This document shows, piece by piece, positions 10,067-19,467 of a stretch of 64,000 bases of DNA. Position 1 is the first letter of the stretch. Every line of letters begins with the position of its first letter. The notes beneath the pieces were generated by a model. It made no database searches. It was given only the letters and a program-made list of their open reading frames with translations, and had not been told where the DNA came from. The stretch lies in contig CAWCZP010000003.1 of NCBI GenBank assembly GCA_963800055.1, forward strand, positions 218,824 to 282,823. Direction: 5' to 3'. This DNA comes from an uncultured Acidobacteriota bacterium. Lineage in GTDB: Bacteria; Acidobacteriota; Blastocatellia; Pyrinomonadales; Pyrinomonadaceae. The translations under genes were made by a program, and so were the position numbers.

Positions 10067-11385
10067 TCGTTGACGATTTCCTTGACCAACTTCAACTCTT
10101 CCGCCGCAGGTTCATCTCCAATGTGATACGCAGCCTGGATACGACGCGCCGCTTCAGCCGCAGCCGAACTGTCAGCGCAGTACACCGTCCCGATCGCATC
10201 ACCCGCGCGAACCTGATCGCCTAACTTCAACTCGGAAGTAAAACCAACTGTGGGATCCACTGTGTCTTCGATGCGCACGCGCCCGCCGCCGATTGCCGCG
10301 ATTGCGTGACCGATCTCCGTGGTGTCGACTCTTGAAATGAAGCCGGAGCGCGGGGATTCTACCTTAACGGTTTCTCTTACCAAAGGCAGAAACCTGCCGG
10401 GGTCGTCGCAAACGCGAGGCTCGCCACCCTGCGCCTCGATGTTGCTTCGCAGGCACTCGAGCGCCTTGCCTGATTTCAAAACTTTCTCCAGTCGCTCACG
10501 AGCAGCATCAATAGCCTGGTCCACATTCGCCAGCACCAGCATGTGCGCGCAGAGTTCCATCGATAAGTCGAGCACGGGCTGCGCCGCTTCGTTTGCTTCA
10601 CCGCGAAGGATCTCGATGCACTCCTGTATCTCGAGAGAGTTTCCGACTGCGCGACCGAGCGGTTGATTCATGTCAGTCAACAACGCGCGCGTTTTGATGC
10701 CGCACGAATTTCCCGTGCTAACTAGCGCATGGGCCAGGTCGCGGGCTCGCGCCTCTTCTCGCATGAACGCGCCGTTGCCGACTTTCACGTCGATGATCAT
10801 CGCATCCAGACCGGCCGCGCCTTTCTTCGAAATGATCGAAGCGACAATCAACGGAATGGCTTCGACTGTCGCAGTCGCATCACGCAAGGCGTACATCTTT
10901 TTGTCTGCTGGCGCGATTTCGGCAGTCTGTCCCGCCATCGCATAGCCCACCTGGTCCAACACCTGCTTGAACTCAGTCAAACTCAGGTTCACTCGATAAC
11001 CCGGAATCGACTCGAGCTTGTCGAGCGTGCCACCCGTATGGCCCAGCCCACGACCGGAAATCATCGGCACTGACACGTCACACGCAGCCACAAGCGGAGC
11101 GATGATGATCGACGTCTTATCGCCGACGCCGCCGGTTGAATGTTTATCTGCTTTTGGTTTGGGAATGTCGGTGAAGTCGAGGATGTTGCCGGAGTTGAGC
11201 ATTGCCTCCGTCAACGCCTGCTGCTCGTCCTGGTTCATGCCATTGAGGTAAATGGCCATGAGCAGCGCGCTGACCTGGTAGTCGGCGATGCGACCGCTGG
11301 TGACGCCCGCGATGAAGAATTCGATCTCTTCGCGCGATAGGCTCAGCCCGTCTCGCTTTTTTCTGATGACGTCTTGTGGTCTCAA
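10063..11385 (-). CDS. deoA: thymidine / pyrimidine-nucleoside phosphorylase
   Basis: 440 aa; MRPQDVIRKKRDG..LSREEIEFFI..DYQVSALLMAI..GM..EQ..LT.AM..SG.., ..KHSTGGVGDKTS... The stop overlaps the next start (ATGA at 10063-10066). Confidence 0.9.
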   Translation of the reverse strand: MRPQDVIRKKRDGLSLSREEIEFFIAGVTSGRIADYQVSALLMAIYLNGMNQDEQQALTEAMLNSGNILDFTDIPKPKADKHSTGGVGDKTSIIIAPLVAACDVSVPMISGRGLGHTGGTLDKLESIPGYRVNLSLTEFKQVLDQVGYAMAGQTAEIAPADKKMYALRDATATVEAIPLIVASIISKKGAAGLDAMIIDVKVGNGAFMREEARARDLAHALVSTGNSCGIKTRALLTDMNQPLGRAVGNSLEIQECIEILRGEANEAAQPVLDLSMELCAHMLVLANVDQAIDAARERLEKVLKSGKALECLRSNIEAQGGEPRVCDDPGRFLPLVRETVKVESPRSGFISRVDTTEIGHAIAAIGGGRVRIEDTVDPTVGFTSELKLGDQVRAGDAIGTVYCADSSAAAEAARRIQAAYHIGDEPAAEELKLVKEIVNE

Positions 11386-11395
11386 GCAGCTTTCC

Positions 11396-12596
11396 TTAGT
11401 TGCTCTCCATAAGAACAGCGGCCTGAGCGGTCACAGCGAGCCCCTGCCCCACCGCATCGACGCCTTCGCCCGTCTTTGCTTTGACACTCACGCAGCCGGC
11501 GTCGATTCCCAATACTTCGGCGATGTTTTCGCGCATTGAATCGACGTAGGATCTGAGTTTTGGTCTTTCGAGCAAAATTGTCGAGTCAACATTGACTACG
11601 TGGAGACTGCGTTCGCGCGCCAACCACATCACGCGCGAAAGCAATTCAAGACTATTCGCACCACTCCACTGTGGATCTTTATCCGGGAAATGCACTCCCA
11701 TGTCGCCTTCACACAACGCACCGAGAATCGCATCGGCAATCGCATGACTCAAAGCGTCAGCATCCGAATGCCCCTCAGCCCCTCGATCCGAAGCGATATG
11801 CACACCACCGAGCACAAGCTCCCGCCCTTCAACGAGGCGATGAGTGTCAGTGCCGATGCCGATTCGAATCATGATGCGACTTTTGCGTGTCTTTCTTGTG
11901 AAACACTCTTTGTGGCTATCTTCTTTGAATAACGCTTCCGCCACCACGAGATCCTCAGCAGTCGTAATCTTAATATTCCTCGCACTCCCTTCAACAACGC
12001 TCACGCGATGGCCCAGTTGTTCGACGAGCGCGCTTTCGTCAGTCAGCGATGGATCGTTTACATCAGCTCGCTGGTACGCCTCTCTCAACAACTCGTATCG
12101 AAAGCATTGCGGCGTCAAAGCACGACGCAATCCACCGCGATCCAGAGTCTTCACCACCGAGCCATCACTAACCTGCTTGATCGTATCCGTCACGGGCGCC
12201 ACAAGAATCGCCGCGCCATCCGTCCTGCGCAGCCGCAACCGTGTTGCTGATCTCTTCAACAGTGACGAACGGCCGAACACCATCATGCACCGCAACGATC
12301 TCCGCCGTCGCAGATCTAATCGACATCAAACCGCGCTTTACCGACTCAGCTCGCGTCGCTCCTCCCGGAACAACACGCGCGACTTTCCGCAGTCCCATTT
12401 TCCCCGCCATTGAAAGGAAACCCGCAGACTCTTCTGCGGGCAGGACTACTATCACTTCTTGAATACTGTCACACTGCTCGAACACCTTCAGCGTGTGAAA
12501 AATTACGGGCGTTCCTGCGAGTAACAGAAACTGCTTCGGCCGATCGCTCGCCATCCGGGTGCCAGCGCCGGCGGCAGCAATAATCGCGATGTTCAT
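11396..12596 (-). CDS. ispDF: bifunctional MEP cytidylyltransferase / MEcPP synthase (IspDF); one frameshift near 12220
   Basis: IspD part MNIAIIAAAGAGTRM..PKQFL.. and ..AVHDGVRPF..; IspF part MIRIGIGTDTHRL..GHSDADALSHA..DKDP.., in the same frame with no intervening stop. Confidence 0.85.
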
Positions 12597-12630
12597 GAAA
12601 GGGTAGGAATTCGTCTACCGGGTGGCGGCG

Positions 12631-13608
12631 TTAGCTCTCAGTGATCGGTTCGCTTTCAGAAATACGCACCGGAGCTGGACCACTACGCGAGTCGCGCAAC
12701 TGGCGCCGCGATGCGCCGTTGGTGCGATGAATGTCGCTGTGTCCGCCATTTTCCGCTTCTTCCCAGAGACGGCCGAAGATCATCTTGCCGGCAGTTGTCT
12801 GCAACACGCTCGTCACTGCGATGTCGGCATTCTTGCCAATCAACCTGCGCGCATTGTCGACCACCACCATCGTGCCGTCATCGAGATAGGCCACGCCCTG
12901 ATTGTATTCCTTGCCTTCCTTCAGGATGAAAACCCTCATCGCCTCGCCTGGGAGCACGACCGGCTTGAGCGCATTTGCCAACTCGTTAATGTTGAGCACA
13001 CTGACACCGCGCAACTGAGAGACCTTGTTCAAGTTGAAATCGTTCGTGACGATAACGGCATCAAGCTGTTTGCCGAGCTCGATCAACTTCAGGTCAACTT
13101 CACGCACGGACGGAAAGTCAGTCTCAACGATTTGAATGTCGAGTGAACTGTTGTTCTGGAGCCGGTTGAGCATGTCCAGACCACGGCGTCCACGTTGTCG
13201 CTTCGAGGAATCAGGTGAATCAGCCACCTGCTGCAACTCGCGCAGGATGAACTGCGGAATGATCAGCGATCCGGTAAGAAATCCTGTTTCGGCGACGTCT
13301 GCAATGCGCCCGTCGATGATCACCGAGGTGTCGAGGATTTTGAGATCGCGGCGCGTGACTTTGTCACTGAAGATTCCGCCCAGTGCGGAGAGATCGAGAT
13401 AGTCGCCCTTGGCGGCTCCGACCATCAATCCGACATAGGCCATGAAGAACGTCAGCGCCAGCGTCAGAAACGTCTTCATCTGCGGCTGGAGTGCGTCTGA
13501 TTCCTGTCGACTAATTAACGAGCCGATCAGATAAGCCCCAATGATTCCGAGAATTGAACCAACCGCCGCGCCGATCAGCGTCTTGAGCGAGGCGCGTCGA
13601 ATCCGCAT
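12631..13608 (-). CDS. PIN/TRAM domain membrane protein (YacL-like); the N-terminus may extend to about 13666
   Basis: N-terminal TM segments, a PIN-like ..LKILDTSVIIDGRIADV..IPQFILRELQ.. and a C-terminal TRAM-like ..VVDNARRLIGKNADIAVTSVLQTTAGKMIFGRL. The frame stays open upstream of the first ATG; an out-of-frame ATG at about 13666 suggests one more indel. Confidence 0.7.
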   Translation of the reverse strand: MRIRRASLKTLIGAAVGSILGIIGAYLIGSLISRQESDALQPQMKTFLTLALTFFMAYVGLMVGAAKGDYLDLSALGGIFSDKVTRRDLKILDTSVIIDGRIADVAETGFLTGSLIIPQFILRELQQVADSPDSSKRQRGRRGLDMLNRLQNNSSLDIQIVETDFPSVREVDLKLIELGKQLDAVIVTNDFNLNKVSQLRGVSVLNINELANALKPVVLPGEAMRVFILKEGKEYNQGVAYLDDGTMVVVDNARRLIGKNADIAVTSVLQTTAGKMIFGRLWEEAENGGHSDIHRTNGASRRQLRDSRSGPAPVRISESEPITES

Positions 13609-13827
13609 CTCAAAAAGGATGATACAGATGGCGATCAGCGCACCAGCCCCGCTGAAACCCAGGGGTCATCGCCTACTGGTACCAGCTTGTATCCCGCCGC
13701 TACTAAAATTGCCGTGAATATAAGCCGTATAATTACGACATCGGCATGCATAATGAGGGCATACTACCACAACCGCCCTCGGCTCCGTAACTTGCGATTC
13801 AGACCATGTGTGAGTTTAAATGAGGCC

Positions 13828-14364
13828 ATGCGTAAGACAATCCTGCCCATTCTGATCGCGCTCGTGTGCGTTGCAAGCAGTACAGCGTCACAACAGAGCT
13901 CGCTGAAGTTTAGAGTTCCAGCCGGTTGGGTCGAAGAGGAAAGGACCTCCAGCATGCGTGTCGCGCAGTACCGGCTGCCCAAGACGGCCGGCGATACTGA
14001 GGATGCGTCGCTGGTTCTTTATTACTTTGGACAGGGCCAGGGTGGCTCGACCGCAGCGAATATCGAACGCTGGGTGGGTCAGATGAAACAAGAGGACGGC
14101 AGTGCTTCGAAGGACAAGGCTAAAGAGGAGAACTTCGAGGCGAACGGATTGAAGGTCGCGACAGTGGACGTATCCGGAACCTACGTTGCGGAGACAAGTC
14201 CCGGAAGCGGGACGTTACACAACAAGCCCGGTTATCGCTTGCGGGCCGCGGTTGTCGAAACCCCAAAAGGCTCTTATTACGTGAAACTCGTCGGACCAGA
14301 AAAGACGGTGGCTCAGTGGAACGACTCGTTCCTGAGCTACCTGCGGTCGTTCGAATTCAAATAG
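13828..14364 (+). CDS. secreted hypothetical protein
   Basis: Start placed at the internal ATG giving the signal peptide MRKTILPILIALVCVASSTA; no recognisable domain. Confidence 0.5.
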   Translation: MRKTILPILIALVCVASSTASQQSSLKFRVPAGWVEEERTSSMRVAQYRLPKTAGDTEDASLVLYYFGQGQGGSTAANIERWVGQMKQEDGSASKDKAKEENFEANGLKVATVDVSGTYVAETSPGSGTLHNKPGYRLRAAVVETPKGSYYVKLVGPEKTVAQWNDSFLSYLRSFEFK

Positions 14365-14378
14365 GCCTGATTACTGAG

Positions 14379-14600
14379 TTACTTGTACCGGTAAGTTATT
14401 CGCCCGCGCGATAAATCGTAAGGCGACATCTCAACACTCACACGATCACCAACCAATATCCGGATTCGATTCTTTCGCATCTTTCCGGAGATAGCGGCCA
14501 ATACCACGTGTTCGCTGTTGTCGAGGCGGACTTTGAAAAAGGCGTTGGGTTGTTTATCGATGATGGTTCCTTCTGCGGGGATCAGGTCTTCTGCTGCCAA
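14379..14600 (-). CDS. infA: translation initiation factor IF-1
   Basis: 73 aa; ..[59 protein letters not shown]. Confidence 0.95.
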   Translation of the reverse strand: MAAEDLIPAEGTIIDKQPNAFFKVRLDNSEHVVLAAISGKMRKNRIRILVGDRVSVEMSPYDLSRGRITYRYK

Positions 14601-14653
14601 TCAGTTTCTCCTTGGGCCGTTAGGTTCGGACCGAAGACAATAACACACGGCAC

Positions 14654-14748
14654 GATTGCCAATTGCCAATTGCCGATTGCCGATTTGAGAAGTCCGCACG
14701 CGTGAAGGATCCCACAAATCGACAATCGGCAATTGGCAATTGGCAATT
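14654..14748. repeat. inverted arrays of the heptamer RATTGCC
   Basis: (G/A)ATTGCC x4.7 at 14654-14686 and the complement GGCAATY x3.5 at 14724-14748, separated by about 37 nt. Confidence 0.85.
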
Positions 14749-14823
14749 TTTTGAACCCGTTCAAAAAAGCTCTTGACACCCTTTCCGATCAGGCGTAACC
14801 TGCCGATAGTTGAACGTGTTCAA
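14747..14823 (+). promoter_or_regulatory. candidate promoter flanked by two TTGAAC-NN-GTTCAA palindromes (putative TetR operator)
   Basis: TTTTTTGAAC-CC-GTTCAAAAAA (14747-14768); -35 TTGACA (14773-14778), 17-nt spacer, -10 TAACCT (14796-14801); TTGAAC-GT-GTTCAA (14810-14823); AAGGAGG RBS ahead of the ATG at 14846. Confidence 0.5.
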
Positions 14824-14845
14824 ATTCAGCTAAAGGAGGCTGACC

Positions 14846-15256
14846 ATGACAATCGGAATAACCACATACCTGATTTACCTGACCCTCAGCATCGGGCTGA
14901 CCATCTGGGTCGCTCGCACCCTCCACAAAAACGGCCGCGTCTTTCTCGTCGACGTCTTCCACGGCAACGAAGCCCTCGCCGATTCGGTCAATCACCTGCT
15001 CGTCGTCGGTTTTTACCTGATTAACTTCGGCTACGTTACCCTGGCCCTGAAACTGGGATACGCAGTCAACTCGGCAGAGCAAAGCATTGAAGCCCTGTCC
15101 GTAAAAGTCGGCATGGTGTTACTCGTCCTCGGCGGGATGCACTTCTTCAATCTCTACATCTTCAGCCGCATGCGCCGGCGCGCAACCACGCAACAGAACA
15201 CTCCACCGGTGGACCCTGACGCTTTCACGGCGACCGCTGTCCAGCAGGAGGCCTGA
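14846..15256 (+). CDS. hypothetical integral membrane protein
   Basis: 136 aa with about 4 hydrophobic segments and a good RBS. Confidence 0.55.
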   Translation: MTIGITTYLIYLTLSIGLTIWVARTLHKNGRVFLVDVFHGNEALADSVNHLLVVGFYLINFGYVTLALKLGYAVNSAEQSIEALSVKVGMVLLVLGGMHFFNLYIFSRMRRRATTQQNTPPVDPDAFTATAVQQEA

Positions 15257-15259
15257 GCC

Positions 15260-15625
15260 ATGCAAGCCCTGACCGTGCTTTACGACCCTGAGTGTGGCCT
15301 GTGCAGGCGCGCACACGAGTGGCTGGCGGAACAATCCAAAATTGTCGAGCTGAAATTCGTGCCCTGCGCCTCTGATGAAGCGCGAAAGCGCTATCCACAA
15401 CTCAACCACGATCTGACGAAGAAGGATCTGACGGTGGTGAGCGAGGGCGGCTGGGTCTATTTCGGTCCAAAGGCCTGGTTGATGGTCCTGTGGTCACTCA
15501 CGCGGTATCGCGAATGGGCCTACAGGCTCGCGACGCCCGAATTGCTGCCCACCACGAAAAAGGTAGTTTCGGCGATCTCGCAAAACCGTTACCAGATCGG
15601 ACGAGTAGCTGGACTCACCAGGTGA
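15260..15625 (+). CDS. thiol-disulfide oxidoreductase DCC family (DUF393)
   Basis: N-terminal YDPECGLCRR matches the D-x-x-C-x-x-C signature of the DCC family; size 121 aa. Confidence 0.65.
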   Translation: MQALTVLYDPECGLCRRAHEWLAEQSKIVELKFVPCASDEARKRYPQLNHDLTKKDLTVVSEGGWVYFGPKAWLMVLWSLTRYREWAYRLATPELLPTTKKVVSAISQNRYQIGRVAGLTR

Positions 15626-15629
15626 AACG

Positions 15630-16301
15630 ATGACTGCGAAGCGCAAAAAGAAGACGGACAAGGTCTCTAAAGGTGATCAGACGAAGGCACTGATCCTCGA
15701 CACTGCTCTGGAGATGTTCCGCGAGCGAGGCTACGAGGAAACCACGATGCGCGCGATTGCGCAAAAGGCAGGCGTGTCGCTCGGCAACGCGTACTACTAC
15801 TTCAGCTCCAAGGAATATCTGATCCAGGCTTTCTATCAACGCCTTCACGACGATCATCTCGCGGTTGCCGTCCCTGCGCTCGAGAAGGAAGAGACATTGA
15901 AGGCACGCCTGCTTACTGTGGTGCGATTGAAGATCGATTCGATGAGACCGTATCACCAGTTTGCGGGCGTGCTATTTAAGACTGCTGCTCATCCACGAAG
16001 TCCGCTCAACCCGTTTTCTGACGAATCTGATCCCGTGCGGGAGGCGAGCATTGACTTGTTCGCCAAGGTGGTTGAAGGCACAAAGGCGCGCATTCCAAAA
16101 GACCTGCGCGCCGAGTTGCCTTACCTGCTCTGGGTTTATCACATGGGCATCGTCCTCTTTTGGATTCACGATCAATCACCGAAGCATCGACGCACCTATC
16201 GTTTGGTCAATAACACAGTCGAGCTGGTCGATCAGGTTGATTCACCTCGCCAGCAATCCGTTCATGCGGCCGCTGCGCAAGCAGGCGTTGCGATTAGTTG
16301 A
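15630..16301 (+). CDS. TetR/AcrR family transcriptional regulator
   Basis: N-terminal HTH ..ILDTALEMFRERGYEETTMRAIAQKAGVSLGNAYYYF.. Confidence 0.85.
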   Translation: MTAKRKKKTDKVSKGDQTKALILDTALEMFRERGYEETTMRAIAQKAGVSLGNAYYYFSSKEYLIQAFYQRLHDDHLAVAVPALEKEETLKARLLTVVRLKIDSMRPYHQFAGVLFKTAAHPRSPLNPFSDESDPVREASIDLFAKVVEGTKARIPKDLRAELPYLLWVYHMGIVLFWIHDQSPKHRRTYRLVNNTVELVDQVDSPRQQSVHAAAAQAGVAIS

Positions 16302-17334
16302 CGAACTGCGTGATGCGGCGGAGTCGCTCGACGACGATCCAGGCGAAGTCGCCTGAGATTGAGAGGTTCAAATGCGAACCACGAATTGCGCATTTCAACT
16401 CGAAGCTAACATATCCGGGCATTTTCCTTTTGCAAGGATGGCTCGGAGGCATTCTGGGTGGCTACATCCTCATGGTTTCGATCTGCCTTTTGAACGAATC
16501 CGCGGACTTGTTATTCGCGGTCAACTGGATGCCACTCTTTGTGATTCCATTAAGCATACTTGCCGTTGTGAAGGCGACAATACTCTGGGCCGGGTACCGG
16601 TTGACTGGAATTCAACTGGGTCCTTTAGAGCGAGTTGTGGCCACTATTTTTTGTGTAAGTCTGATTGCCATCTTAATTGCATTTCAATTAAAGCTTGAGG
16701 AGGCGTACCAACTTGCCGCGTTGCTGGGAACTCTCGTGCTGACAAGCTTGCCAACGGCATTACTGGTCGGATCACGCTTCAAGCCCTGGGAACTCTGCAC
16801 GTTTGGGAGCATGGCCGTCAGTGGGACTGGCCGAAAGAGTCGGATCGAATCGTGTTTTGCCAACGGTTGGAACGCTGCCGTTGCGACTTCTAAGTCTCGG
16901 CACACTGGCTGTTTGGATCCTCACTGTTGCGTGTCAACGCGAAATTCAAACTATTCCTCTCAAGATTATGCCAGCTTTATCTATGCCGTTCGATCTATTT
17001 ACTGTTTAGTGCGTATGTGACTTTTCGATCACCTCGAAAGACGATTCTGCTCGTGGCGGGGCTGGTGGTGAACTTGCCCGTAGCTGCTCTCGCGGTTTTG
17101 GCATACCTCAATTATCCCTCCGCTTTTTTTCCGGAGATGCTGGTTGCTATGGGTGTGATATGCACCACGTTTTTCGTAGCCTGGGCGCTTTTTCTTGCTG
17201 CTCGAATGAGCGTTCCGACCAACGGCATCTTCCGGGCTGACTTGAACGCGGCGCTGTTGAGAGCTCACGACGAGCGCGACCATGAATGTCTTGGTTCAAG
17301 ATTTTTGCAGTGGCATGAAAGCGAGGCAACATGA
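16298..17334 (+). pseudogene. hypothetical polytopic membrane protein, apparently split over three frames
   Basis: ORF pieces 16298-17020, 16803-17009 and 16927-17334 each contain hydrophobic helices; no family recognised. Confidence 0.3.
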
Positions 17335-18254
17335 TGAAAATCGCAATTACTGGTGCGACTGGTTTCGTCGGCAGTCATTTAGCAATTCGCCTGACCAGCG
17401 AAGGTCACGAAGTCGTCCAAATCGCGCGACGTGCACGCGGAACTGACGATGCGATCGTGCAGAGCCGTCTCGACAATGTGGATCAACTGGCTACAGCATT
17501 CGCGGGTTGCAAAGCGGTAGCGCATTGCGCCGGCATCAATCGTGAGATTGGCGATCAGACGTATGCGCGCGTTCATGTCGAAGGCACGCGCAAAGTCGTC
17601 GAGGCGGCGAAGAAAGCGGGCGTCGAGAAGATCGTGCTCATGAGTTTCCTGCGTGCGCGGCCACAATGTGGTTCGCCATATCACGAGTCGAAATGGGAAG
17701 CAGAAGAGATCGTGCGCAACTCCGGACTCGACTACACGATCATCAAAGCCGGCGTGGTTTATGGCCGCGGCGATCACATGCTGGATCATCTCAGCCACGC
17801 GCTGCACACGTTTCCAGTATTCGGTCTCGTCGGCCTCGAAGAGAAAAGCGTCCGCCCCCTGGCGGTGGAAGACCTGGTTCACGTGATGCGAGCGGCTTTG
17901 GTCGATCGGCGCATGAAGAAACAGACGATCGCGCTGGTTGGGCCTGAAGAGATCTATCTGAGTGAAGCGGTACGCCGCGTCGCGGAAGTGATCGGGAAGC
18001 AGCCGTTAATGATTCGAATGCCGATCTGCTTTCATAAACTGCTGGCGAGCTTCTGTGAGTGGACCATGAGAGTCCCGCTTGTTTCCCTCGCGCAGGTGCG
18101 GATCTTATCGGAAGGAGTTGTGGAACCGGCGTCGCCAGTCGTGCCGTTGCCATACGATCTTGTGCCAACGCGAAGATTCACCGCCGAACAGATCCGGAGT
18201 GGGCTTCCGCAAGCTGGGCCATTCTGTGCCGGTGATTTGCGTTGGTGTTCGTAG
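17331..18254 (+). CDS. NAD(P)-binding epimerase/dehydratase-family protein (NDUFA9/NmrA-like)
   Basis: MKIAITGATGFVGSHL Rossmann motif; 307 aa. Confidence 0.7.
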   Translation: MMKIAITGATGFVGSHLAIRLTSEGHEVVQIARRARGTDDAIVQSRLDNVDQLATAFAGCKAVAHCAGINREIGDQTYARVHVEGTRKVVEAAKKAGVEKIVLMSFLRARPQCGSPYHESKWEAEEIVRNSGLDYTIIKAGVVYGRGDHMLDHLSHALHTFPVFGLVGLEEKSVRPLAVEDLVHVMRAALVDRRMKKQTIALVGPEEIYLSEAVRRVAEVIGKQPLMIRMPICFHKLLASFCEWTMRVPLVSLAQVRILSEGVVEPASPVVPLPYDLVPTRRFTAEQIRSGLPQAGPFCAGDLRWCS

Positions 18255-18284
18255 TTTGTGCATTTTTGTGGCACTCTCTGCCGA

Positions 18285-19428
18285 ATGGTCCAGATTGCGA
18301 TCATTGGCGGTGGCATCGGTGGTCTGACGACCGCACTCGCGCTTCAGCACTTCGGGTTTGAATCTCAGGTCTTTGAGCAAGCACCTGCGCTGCACGATGT
18401 TGGTGCGGCGATCGCTATCTGGCCCAACGCGATGCGGGTGCTCGCGGCGGCTTAGCATAGCCGAGAAGATCCTCGACAGAGCCGGCCTGATGGAAGAGAT
18501 ACGCTGGGTGGACCAGAACGGCTGGCTGATAAACCGCGTTTCGATTTCAGATGCGCAATTTCCAGCCGTTGCTCTTCATCGCGCCGGCTTACAAAGCACG
18601 CTTCTCCACGAACTTGCGCCCGCGTCAATCCATCTCGGCCATCAACTAATCGATCAAAAGCAGCAAGGCGACAAGATGATCGCGACTTTTGCAAACGGTC
18701 GCTCGATTGAAGCCGACTTTTTAATCGGCGCTGACGGTATTCACTCGCGCGTGCGTGCTCAATTGATTAACGACGGCGAGCCAGTCGATCGCGGTTACAC
18801 AATTTGGCGTGGGATTGCTGCGAAGATCCCGAGCGAGATTCCGCCGAGTGCTGCCGTTGAGTTTCACGGACGTGGAAAACGATTCGGCATTGGTCCGGTT
18901 GGTTTAGGCCGAGTGGGCTGGTGGGCCTCAGCCAATGGCTCGATTACTGATGATGTGTCGCACTTGTTCGAAGACTGGTATCCACCCGTGCTTGAACTGA
19001 TCGAGTCAACACCAGCCGCATCGATAATCAAGAACCGTGCCCTCGATCGTCCGTCAAACAAAACCTGGGGACGCGGTCGAATGACTCTGTTGGGCGACGC
19101 CATTCATCCGACAACACCCAACCTCGGACAAGGTGGTTGTCTAGCGATTGAAGATGCTTTCGTGCTGGCGAGGTGTTTCGAAAAATACGGCGCGTCCGAA
19201 GAAGCGTTGAGAAACTACGAGCGCAGTCGCTACAAACGCACAACAGCGCTCGCCAAATACTCGCGTTACTACGGAACCATCGGTCAATGGGAAAACATCT
19301 GGGCCAGAGGCCTGCGCAGAACCGCACTCGCCCTCGCCCCCGAAGCCCTCGCCATCCGCCTGATGCAGATCGTCTTCGACTACGACGGTATCTGCAGGGG
19401 CGGCACTCCGTGGCCGCCCACAATCTAG
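18285..19428 (+). CDS. FAD-dependent monooxygenase (salicylate-hydroxylase-like); one frameshift near 18446-18450
   Basis: MVQIAIIGGGIGGLTTAL (GxGxxG), ..LIGADGIHSRVR.., ..LLGDAIHPTTPNLGQGGCLAIEDA... The N-terminal 56 aa are in a different frame and rejoin after removal of one G. Confidence 0.8.
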
Positions 19429-19467
19429 ATATCAATCGATGGGCGGCCATCGGAGGGCCGCCCTTCA

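Noticed and set aside
14654-14748. Possible CRISPR arrays at the tandem-word loci (14654-14748, 45644-45784, 61495-61597 and others).
   Set aside because: Repeat units are only 7-10 nt and directly adjacent with no spacers. They occur as short inverted arrays, and no cas genes are in the window.
16298-17334. Considered calling this a defined transporter or immunity protein.
   Set aside because: Only hydrophobicity is visible. The frame is broken at least twice and no motif is recognisable, so it is kept as a low-confidence disrupted membrane protein.
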